IMG/VR virus record: IMGVR_UViG_2671180637_000006
Span: 1-11,772 of that record
DNA: 11,772 bases
Source: a virus
Taxonomy: Duplodnaviria; Heunggongvirae; Uroviricota; Caudoviricetes
Strand: one strand, 5' to 3'
Part shown: positions 1-6,404 of the stretch, in pieces
Position numbering within the stretch: position 1 is the stretch's first letter
Layout of the letters: every line of letters starts with the position of its first letter
Notes under the pieces: generated by a model
Seen by the model: only the letters and a program-made list of their open reading frames with translations
Database searches by the model: none
What the model was told of the DNA's origin: nothing
Program-made: the position numbers and the translations under genes

Positions 1-67
1 CACCGCCGTCGAACTGCCCGACGTTCAGACCGCGCCCGTGGCTGAAACTGTCAATCTGTGGGAGTAA
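1..67 (+). CDS. X: 3' end of tail protein X-like gene (partial, start outside window)
   Basis: Open frame from the window edge reads ...TAVELPDVQTAPVAETVNLWE, stop TAA at 65-67, immediately upstream of the holin gene as in P2 (X-Y order). Identification is from synteny and memory of the P2 gpX C-terminus. Confidence 0.55.
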   Translation, partial: TAVELPDVQTAPVAETVNLWE

Positions 68-70
68 CGC

Positions 71-352
71 ATGACAGCAGAAGAAAAAAGCGTCCTGTCG
101 CTTTTCATGATTGGGGTGCTGATTGTTGTCGGCAAGGTGCTTGCCGGTGGTGAACCCATCACCCCGCGTCTGTTTATCGGGCGCATGTTGCTCGGTGGTT
201 TTGTCTCGATGGTTGCCGGTGTTGTTCTGGTGCAGTTTCCTGACCTGTCACTGCCTGCGGTGTGCGGCATCGGCTCCATGCTGGGTATCGCCGGTTATCA
301 GGTGATTGAGATTGCCATTCAGCGCCGCTTTAAGGGCAGGGGGAAACCGTAA
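71..352 (+). CDS. Y: Phage holin (P2 gpY-like), 93 aa
   Basis: ATG at 71 with GGAG at 61-64. Small protein with hydrophobic helices (LSLFMIGVLIVVGKVLAG, LGGFVSMVAGVVLVQF) and a charged C-terminus. Sits directly upstream of the endolysin; its stop overlaps the K start (TAATG at 350-354). Confidence 0.85.
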   Translation: MTAEEKSVLSLFMIGVLIVVGKVLAGGEPITPRLFIGRMLLGGFVSMVAGVVLVQFPDLSLPAVCGIGSMLGIAGYQVIEIAIQRRFKGRGKP

Positions 353-849
353 TGCCGGTAATTAACACGCATCAGAATATCGCCGCCTTTCTCGACATGC
401 TGGCCGTGTCCGAAGGGACGGCGAATCATCCGCTGACGAAAAACCGGGGCTATGACGTGATAGTCACCGGACTGGACGGGAAGCCGGAAATTTTCACCGA
501 CTACAGTGACCACCCGTTCGCACATGGCCGACCGGCGAAGGTGTTTAACCGTCGCGGTGAAAAATCCACGGCCTCCGGTCGCTATCAGCAGCTTTACCTG
601 TTCTGGCCGCACTACCGCAAACAGCTTGCCCTGCCGGATTTCAGTCCGTTGTCACAGGACAGACTTGCCATTCAGTTGATCCGTGAACGCAGTGCACTGG
701 ATGACATCCGGGCGGGACGCATTGAGCGCGCCATTTCACGCTGTCGCAATATCTGGGCGTCCCTGCCGGGAGCCGGTTACGGTCAGCGTGAGCATTCACT
801 GGAAAAACTGGTCACCGTCTGGCGTACCGCTGGCGGCGTACCGGCTTAA
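352..849 (+). CDS. K: Endolysin / phage lysozyme (P2 gpK-like), 165 aa
   Basis: ATG at 352 with RBS AGGGGGAAA at 336-346. Sequence MPVINTHQNIAAFLDMLAVSEGT... matches what I recall of P2 K lysozyme; position after the holin. Confidence 0.9.
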   Translation: MPVINTHQNIAAFLDMLAVSEGTANHPLTKNRGYDVIVTGLDGKPEIFTDYSDHPFAHGRPAKVFNRRGEKSTASGRYQQLYLFWPHYRKQLALPDFSPLSQDRLAIQLIRERSALDDIRAGRIERAISRCRNIWASLPGAGYGQREHSLEKLVTVWRTAGGVPA

Positions 850-863
850 ACGGAGTAAACACC

Positions 864-1289
864 ATGAAGAAATTATCCCTTTCACTGATGCTGAACGTGT
901 CGCTGGCGCTGATGCTGGCACTGTCCCTGATTTACCCGCAGAGCGTGGCCGTCAGTTTTGTCGCCACCTGGGCGATTCTGGCGACGGTTATCTGTGTGGT
1001 TGCCGGTGGTGTCGGTGTGTATGCCACTGAGTATGTACTGGAACGCTACGAACGGGAGCTGCCGCCGGAATCGCTGGCCGTGAAGATTGTCACGTCGCTG
1101 TTTTTGCAGCCGGTGCCGTGGCGCAGACGGGCAGTAGCTCTGGTGGTGATGGTGGCGACATTTATCTCGCTGGTCGCTGCCGGGTGGATTTTTACCGCGC
1201 TGATTTATCTCGTGGCATCGGTGTTCTTCTGGCTGATACGTACGGCCTGCCGTCAGCGTTTTGAGGGGCGGGAACCATGTCAAGGCTGA
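864..1289 (+). CDS. lysA: LysA-like lysis-timing membrane protein, 141 aa
   Basis: ATG at 864 with GGAG at 852-855. Multi-pass hydrophobic protein. Same size and position as P2 lysA between K and lysB. Confidence 0.8.
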   Translation: MKKLSLSLMLNVSLALMLALSLIYPQSVAVSFVATWAILATVICVVAGGVGVYATEYVLERYERELPPESLAVKIVTSLFLQPVPWRRRAVALVVMVATFISLVAAGWIFTALIYLVASVFFWLIRTACRQRFEGREPCQG

Positions 1290-1702
1290 TGATTGTGCTG
1301 GTCGTGTTGTTATCGCTGGCGGTGGCGGGTCTGTTTCTGGCGAAGCATAAAAACGCCAGCCTGCGCACCTCACTGGACAGGGCAAACAACGTAGCCAGCG
1401 AGCAGCAGGCGACCATCACCATGCTGAAAAATCAGCTTCATGTTGCGCTCACCAGGGCAGACAAAAACGAGCTGGCGCAGGTGGCACTGCGTCAGGAGCT
1501 GGAGAACGCCGCGAAGCGTGAAGCACAGCGCGAGAAAACCATCACGAGGTTACTCAATGAAAACGAAGATTTCCGCCGCTGGTACGGTGCTGACCTGCCT
1601 GATGCTGTGCGCCGGTTGCACCAGCGCCCGGCCTGCGCAGACGCCAGTGATTGTCCACAACGCCTGCCCGAAAGTGAGTCTTTGCCCGATGCCGGGCAGT
1701 GA
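1277..1702 (+). CDS. lysB: LysB, Rz-like inner-membrane spanin, 141 aa
   Basis: ATG at 1277 with RBS GAGGGGCGGGAA, overlapping the lysA 3' end by 13 nt. N-terminal TM helix (MIVLVVLLSLAVAGLFLA) followed by a charged coiled-coil-like region. Same size as P2 LysB. Confidence 0.8.
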   Translation: MSRLMIVLVVLLSLAVAGLFLAKHKNASLRTSLDRANNVASEQQATITMLKNQLHVALTRADKNELAQVALRQELENAAKREAQREKTITRLLNENEDFRRWYGADLPDAVRRLHQRPACADASDCPQRLPESESLPDAGQ

Positions 1703-1847
1703 CCCGGAGACGAACGGCGATTTAAGTGCCGATATCCGGCAGCTTGAGAACGCGCTGGCACGCTGTGCCAGCCAGGTAAAAATGATTAAACACTGTCAGG
1801 ACGAAAACGATGCTCAAACCCGACAGCCTGCGCAGGGCGCTGACTGA
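1557..1847 (+). CDS. lysC: LysC, Rz1-like outer-membrane lipoprotein spanin, 96 aa, nested in the +1 frame of lysB
   Basis: Internal ATG at 1557 with GAGG at 1546-1549. Signal peptide plus Cys-containing lipobox-like segment (MKTKISAAGTVLTCLMLCAGCTS) and a Pro/Cys-rich mature part. Starts inside lysB and extends past its stop. The track ORF 1440-1847 is the unrestricted upstream extension of this frame. Confidence 0.7.
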   Translation: MKTKISAAGTVLTCLMLCAGCTSARPAQTPVIVHNACPKVSLCPMPGSDPETNGDLSADIRQLENALARCASQVKMIKHCQDENDAQTRQPAQGAD

Positions 1848-2277
1848 TGCCGTCACGGTGCTGAAAACCAGTCCCGAGATGCTGCGGATATTCGTGGATA
1901 GCGGGAGTATTGCCTCCACGCTGGCGACGTCGCTGTCATTCGAAAAGCGTTACACGCTCAATGTGATTGTGACCGACTTTACCGGTGATTTTGACCTGCT
2001 CATCGTGCCGGTGCTGGCGTGGCTGCGGGAAAATCAGCCCGACATCATGACCACCGACGCAGGCCAGAAAAAGGGCTTCACGTTTTATGCAGACATCAAC
2101 AATGACAGCAGCTTTGATATCAGTATCAGCCTGATGCTGACCGAGCGCACGCTGGTCAGTGAGGTTGACGGTGCGCTGCATGTGAAGAATATCCCGGAAC
2201 CCCCGCCGCCGGAGCCGGTCACCCGCCCGATGGAGCTTTATATCAATGGCGAACTGGTGAGCAAGTGGGATGAATGA
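1810..2277 (+). CDS. R: Tail completion protein R (P2 gpR-like), 155 aa
   Basis: ATG at 1810. Sequence MLKPDSLRRALTDAVTVLKTSPEML... and synteny after the lysis cassette. Confidence 0.85.
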   Translation: MLKPDSLRRALTDAVTVLKTSPEMLRIFVDSGSIASTLATSLSFEKRYTLNVIVTDFTGDFDLLIVPVLAWLRENQPDIMTTDAGQKKGFTFYADINNDSSFDISISLMLTERTLVSEVDGALHVKNIPEPPPPEPVTRPMELYINGELVSKWDE

Positions 2278-2722
2278 GTTTAAGCGTTTTGAAGACCGAC
2301 TGGCCGGACTGACTGAATCGCTGTCACCGTCAGGGCGTCGGCGACTGAGTGCCGAACTGGCGAAACGTCTGCGGCAGAGTCAGCAGCGCCGGGTGATGGC
2401 TCAGAAAGCCCCGGACGGCACACCCTACGCGCCACGTCAGCAGCAGAGCGCCAGAAAAAAGACCGGTCGCGTTAAGCGAAAAATGTTTGCGAAACTTATC
2501 ACCAGTCGTTTTTTGCATATCCGCGCCAGCCCTGAACAGGCATCAATGGAATTTTACGGCGGGAAGTCACCGAAAATCGCCAGCGTGCATCAGTTCGGTC
2601 TGTCGGAAGAAACCCGGAAAGACGGTAAGAAAATTGATTATCCGGCGCGTCCTCTGCTCGGCTTTACCGGTGAGGATGTGCAGATGATTGAAGAGATTAT
2701 CCTGGCTCACCTGAATCGTTAG
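2270..2722 (+). CDS. S: Tail completion / virion morphogenesis protein S (P2 gpS-like), 150 aa
   Basis: ATG at 2270 overlapping the R stop (2275-2277). Sequence MNEFKRFEDRLAGLTESLSPSGRRRLSAELAKRLRQ... Same size as P2 gpS. Confidence 0.85.
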   Translation: MNEFKRFEDRLAGLTESLSPSGRRRLSAELAKRLRQSQQRRVMAQKAPDGTPYAPRQQQSARKKTGRVKRKMFAKLITSRFLHIRASPEQASMEFYGGKSPKIASVHQFGLSEETRKDGKKIDYPARPLLGFTGEDVQMIEEIILAHLNR

Positions 2723-2797
2723 CTTTAATCATCTGAGAATATAAGATAGAAATCAATTGATTAGCATAATTCATTTTGAATTTTCATGTTAATAAAT

Positions 2798-2820
2798 AAA
2801 AGGCCAGTTATTGGCCTTTT
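2798..2820. terminator. Bidirectional rho-independent terminator at the convergent S / cargo-gene junction
   Basis: Perfect 9-bp stem AAAAGGCCA (2798-2806) / TGGCCTTTT (2812-2820) with loop GTTAT. The A-run on one side and T-run on the other give a U-tract on either strand. Confidence 0.6.
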
Positions 2821-2824
2821 ATCA

Positions 2825-3898
2825 TTACTTGCCATTTTTTAATGAATTGATTAACGATGCTATTTGCTCTATGCCATCAAATGTAGATGGTATCTTATCA
2901 TCGGATAGCATGATGTTCGAAAATACGACATCTTCAAATTTTGAAAGCGCTTCCGGATTGTTTTTCCTTATCTCTGAGGAATAGTCGCTATAACTCTGAA
3001 TAAACTGACAAAGGCTCTTTCTGAGTTCTATTTGCATAATCTGAGTTCGTAACGATATGTGATTTATCAGTACAACTCTAAAGTAATAAATGAAAATCAA
3101 TGTGACTGATGCAAAAGGTAGTGCTGACATGAAATATGTGGCAGCATTTGTCGTTTCGAGAGTTGGTAATTTATGCACTCCATAGTATATCAGCGGGGAT
3201 GGGATGATTATAGCTAAGATGACAAGGATTATTCTTGATAGTAAAATTTCACGATCTTTCTTTTTGCCAAGTGAATTAAAGCCTTCAAACAATCCAACAA
3301 AATTAAATGCGACCTCATACCCTTTCAATGATTCTTTAATTGACTCTATTTTGGTATGTTGTTCTTTTAAAAAGGACTCGCATTTTTCGAAAAATTGACG
3401 ACCTTCGCTTAAACTATCAATATATTTTTTATATGTGTCCACATTGCCTGAGCTTAAAACTTCTTTAACCATTGCTAATGGTAGTTCTCTAAGAGAAAAG
3501 TCTATCTGTGCTCTGCTTTGTTCATCGAATTCATTATAGTTATACAGCGCGAAATCCTTGATGGTTTTTAGTGGTGAAAAGAAAGTATCTGTCTCAGGAG
3601 AGAGAATACTTGGCTCAATAATAAATCTAAAAAAACAAGTGAATATAAAATTGATGCTGTTGTTATCCTCTCCCTTTTCTTTTAATAAGCTTGTAAAGGT
3701 ATTACCAATCCTGACAATGTTGTACTGGGATTTTTTGTCCCAATCTTCTGGGTTTTCAGAAATGAAGTCTATTGCTTGAGCAATTATTTTGTTTCTGTTT
3801 GATTCAAAGGTTGTGCTGGGTGTCAGCGTGTTCAAAAAGACCAGATAATCTTTGAACAATTCTTTCATTGTTTTTGATGAGAAAAAGTAAGTGTTCAT
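2825..3898 (-). CDS. Hypothetical membrane protein, no recognised domain (about 357 aa from ATG at 3898; 389 aa if started at the GTG at 3994); candidate anti-phage / abortive-infection effector
   Basis: Long minus-strand ORF filling the AT-rich island; stop TAA at 2825-2827. Two adjacent hydrophobic helices near the C-terminus (ILLSRIILVILAIIIPSPLIYYGV and ATYFMSALPFASVTLIFIYYFRVVLI) followed by a roughly 75 aa tail. Start is uncertain: the track start at 3994 is a GTG that overlaps the V start codon, and the in-frame ATGs at 3898 and 3868 both lack a good SD. Confidence 0.6.
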   Translation of the reverse strand: MNTYFFSSKTMKELFKDYLVFLNTLTPSTTFESNRNKIIAQAIDFISENPEDWDKKSQYNIVRIGNTFTSLLKEKGEDNNSINFIFTCFFRFIIEPSILSPETDTFFSPLKTIKDFALYNYNEFDEQSRAQIDFSLRELPLAMVKEVLSSGNVDTYKKYIDSLSEGRQFFEKCESFLKEQHTKIESIKESLKGYEVAFNFVGLFEGFNSLGKKKDREILLSRIILVILAIIIPSPLIYYGVHKLPTLETTNAATYFMSALPFASVTLIFIYYFRVVLINHISLRTQIMQIELRKSLCQFIQSYSDYSSEIRKNNPEALSKFEDVVFSNIMLSDDKIPSTFDGIEQIASLINSLKNGK

Positions 3899-3984
3899 TA
3901 TGGATTTTGTTGTCCCTTGTTGTTCTGTGCACCAGAAATCGTTGCGTGATTTACTTTGGGATTGTACAGAATCATTATTCTCGA
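3899..3984. promoter_or_regulatory. Divergent intergenic region expected to contain the late promoter for the V operon (P2 P_V equivalent)
   Basis: By synteny, P2 has a late promoter upstream of V. The region contains TGTTGTT at 3918-3924 followed by ACCAG, a motif also present upstream of FI. I could not find an exact TGT-N12-ACA dyad. Confidence 0.3.
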
Positions 3985-4614
3985 ATGAATACACAATACA
4001 ATGAAATACTTCGCTTTATACGCAATATGATTCGCACCGGCATTATCGTCGAAACCGACCTTAACGCCGGTCGCTGCCGTGTGCAGACCGGCGGCATGTG
4101 TACCGACTGGCTTCAGTGGCTGACCCATCGCGCCGGACGTTCGCGCACGTGGTGGGCACCTTCCGTGGGGGAACAGGTGCTGATTCTGGCCGTGGGCGGT
4201 GAACTCGACACGGCGTTCGTTCTGCCGGGGATTTATTCCGGCGATAACCCCGCGCCGTCTGCGTCGGCGGATGCCCTGCATATCCGTTTCCCTGACGGGG
4301 CGGTGATTGAGTATGAACCTGAAACCAGTGCACTCACGGTAAGCGGAATTAAAACGGCCAGCGTGACGGCTTCTGATTCTGTTACTGCCACGGTGCCCGT
4401 GGTCACGGTGAAAGCATCAACCCGTGTCACTCTGGACACGCCGGAGGTGGTCTGCACAAACAGGCTGATTACCGGCACGCTGGAAGTGCAGAAGGGCGGG
4501 ACGATGCGCGGCAACATTGAACACACCGGCGGTGAACTCTCATCAAACGGTAAGGTACTGCATACCCATAAACACCCCGGCGACAGCGGCGGCACAACCG
4601 GGAGTCCTCTATGA
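3985..4614 (+). CDS. V: Baseplate spike protein V (P2 gpV-like), 209 aa
   Basis: ATG at 3985 (MNTQYNEILRFIRNMIRTGIIVETDLNAGRCRVQTGG...). C-terminus ...HTHKHPGDSGGTTGSPL is typical of the gpV spike. The track ORF starting at 3868 is an upstream extension. Confidence 0.9.
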   Translation: MNTQYNEILRFIRNMIRTGIIVETDLNAGRCRVQTGGMCTDWLQWLTHRAGRSRTWWAPSVGEQVLILAVGGELDTAFVLPGIYSGDNPAPSASADALHIRFPDGAVIEYEPETSALTVSGIKTASVTASDSVTATVPVVTVKASTRVTLDTPEVVCTNRLITGTLEVQKGGTMRGNIEHTGGELSSNGKVLHTHKHPGDSGGTTGSPL

Positions 4615-4958
4615 CAGCGCGTTATCTCGGAATGAATCGCAGTGATGGCCTGACTGTCACTGACCTTGAGCATATCAGCCAGAGTATCGGCGATATCCTG
4701 CGCACACCGGTCGGCTCACGGGTGATGCGTCGTGATTACGGCTCGTTGCTGGCGTCAATGATTGACCAGCCGCAGACTCCGGCGCTTGAGTTGCAGATTA
4801 AGGTCGCCTGTTACATGGCTGTGCTGAAATGGGAACCCCGCGTCACCCTGTCATCTGTCACCACGGCGCGCAGCTTTGACGGGCGAATGACAGTTACGTT
4901 AACCGGCCAGCACAACGACACCGGCCAGCCACTTTCGTTAACCATCCCTGTGAGTTGA
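4611..4958 (+). CDS. W: Baseplate assembly protein W (P2 gpW-like, gp25-type), 115 aa
   Basis: ATG at 4611 overlapping the V stop (ATGA), GGAG at 4601-4604. Sequence and size match P2 gpW. Confidence 0.9.
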   Translation: MTARYLGMNRSDGLTVTDLEHISQSIGDILRTPVGSRVMRRDYGSLLASMIDQPQTPALELQIKVACYMAVLKWEPRVTLSSVTTARSFDGRMTVTLTGQHNDTGQPLSLTIPVS

Positions 4959-4962
4959 AACC

Positions 4963-5871
4963 ATGCCGATTATCGACCTGAACCAGCTACCCGCACCGGA
5001 TGTGGTCGAGGAGCTGGATTTTGAAACCATTCTTGCTGAACGCAAGGCGACACTGATTTCCCTTTACCCGGAAGACCAGCAGGAGGCGGTCGCCCGTACC
5101 CTGACGCTGGAATCTGAGCCTCTCGTCAAACTGCTGGAGGAAAATGCTTATCGTGAGCTTATCTGGCGTCAGCGTGTGAATGAGGCCGCACGGGCGGTGA
5201 TGCTGGCCTGTGCCGCCGGTAATGACCTTGATGTGATTGGTGCCAATTACAACACCACGCGCCTGATTATCACTCCGGCAGATGATTCGACCCTCCCGCC
5301 GACACCGGCCGTGATGGAATCTGACACCGATTATCGTCTGCGTATTCAGCAGGCCTTTGAAGGTTTAAGCGTCGCCGGGTCGGTGGGTGCCTATCAGTAT
5401 CATGGTCGCAGTGCTGACGGGCGTGTCGCGGATATCTCTGTCACCAGTCCGTCTCCGGCCTGCGTCACCATCTCCGTGCTGTCACGTGAAAATAACGGTG
5501 TCGCATCCGAAGACCTGCTGGCCGTGGTGCGTAACGCCCTTAATGGTGAGGACGTCAGGCCGGTGGCCGACCGCGTGACCGTGCAGTCTGCCGCCATTGT
5601 TGAATATCAGATAAACGCCACGCTTTACCTTTACCCAGGCCCCGAAAGCGAACCCATCCGCGCTGCCGCCGTGAAAAAACTGGAAGCGTATATCACAGCA
5701 CAGCACCGGCTGGGGCGTGACATCCGTCTGTCTGCCATTTATGCCGCTTTGCATGTGGAAGGTGTGCAGCGTGTCGAACTGGCTGCACCACTGGCCGACA
5801 TCGTGCTCAACAGTACGCAGGCGTCTTTCTGTACCGAATACCGCGTCGTGACCGGAGGCTCGGATGAGTGA
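4963..5871 (+). CDS. J: Baseplate protein J (P2 gpJ-like), 302 aa
   Basis: ATG at 4963, 4 nt after the W stop. Sequence MPIIDLNQLPAPDVVEELDFETILAERKA... Same size as P2 gpJ. Confidence 0.9.
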   Translation: MPIIDLNQLPAPDVVEELDFETILAERKATLISLYPEDQQEAVARTLTLESEPLVKLLEENAYRELIWRQRVNEAARAVMLACAAGNDLDVIGANYNTTRLIITPADDSTLPPTPAVMESDTDYRLRIQQAFEGLSVAGSVGAYQYHGRSADGRVADISVTSPSPACVTISVLSRENNGVASEDLLAVVRNALNGEDVRPVADRVTVQSAAIVEYQINATLYLYPGPESEPIRAAAVKKLEAYITAQHRLGRDIRLSAIYAALHVEGVQRVELAAPLADIVLNSTQASFCTEYRVVTGGSDE

Positions 5872-6394
5872 TTCGCGACTGCTGCCGACCGGCTCATCAC
5901 CGCTTGAAGTTGCCGCCGCAAAAGCCTGTGCGGAAATTGAAAAAACGCCGGTCAGGATTCGTGAGCTGTGGAACCCGGACACCTGCCCGGCAAATCTGCT
6001 GCCGTGGCTGGCGTGGGCGTTTTCGGTCGACAGATGGGATGAAAAGTGGCCGGAAGCGACAAAACGCGCCGTTATCCGCGATGCGTATTTCATCCACTGT
6101 CATAAAGGCACTATAGGTGCAATCCGGCGTGTGGTGGAGCCGCTCGGCTATCTCATCAACGTGACGGAGTGGTGGGAAAACAGTGACCCGCCCGGCACCT
6201 TCCGGCTTGATATTGGTGTACTGGAAAGTGGCATCACAGAGGCAATGTATCAGGAAATGGAACGGCTGATTGCTGATGCCAAACCTGCAAGCCGTCACCT
6301 TATTGGCCTGAACATTACCCGGGACATTCCCGGCTACCTGTTCGCCGGTGGTGTGGCTTACGACGGCGATGTAATTACGGTTTACCCCGGATAA
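5864..6394 (+). CDS. I: Baseplate / tail formation protein I (P2 gpI-like), 176 aa
   Basis: ATG at 5864 overlapping the J stop (5869-5871). Sequence MSDSRLLPTGSSPLEVAAAKACAEIEKTPVRIRELW... Same size as P2 gpI. Confidence 0.9.
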   Translation: MSDSRLLPTGSSPLEVAAAKACAEIEKTPVRIRELWNPDTCPANLLPWLAWAFSVDRWDEKWPEATKRAVIRDAYFIHCHKGTIGAIRRVVEPLGYLINVTEWWENSDPPGTFRLDIGVLESGITEAMYQEMERLIADAKPASRHLIGLNITRDIPGYLFAGGVAYDGDVITVYPG

Positions 6395-6404
6395 GTGAGG
6401 AATA

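Larger units (their letters stand above)
2723..3984. other. AT-rich cargo island 1 between S and V (position of orf30 in P2)
   Basis: Abrupt composition change. One 60-nt line at 3301-3360 has 18 G+C (30%), versus 39 G+C (65%) for the backbone line at 5401-5460. Bounded by the S stop and the V start. Confidence 0.8.

Noticed and set aside
1440-1556. Upstream part of track ORF 1440-1847 (MLRSPGQTKTSWRRWHC...).
   Set aside because: Arg/Trp-rich out-of-frame read of lysB. The real lysC product starts at the ATG at 1557, which has an SD and a signal peptide.
3204-3779. Small plus-strand ORFs (3204-3398, 3558-3779) inside the cargo island.
   Set aside because: They are antisense to the 2825-3898 gene, short, and lack ribosome-binding sites; most likely chance ORFs.
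3868-3984. N-terminal extension of V (track ORF 3868-4614 starting MFLMRKSKCSLW...).
   Set aside because: The P2-like V sequence begins at the internal ATG at 3985 (MNTQYNEILRF...). The upstream extension lies in the AT-rich divergent intergenic region and would overlap the start of the cargo gene.
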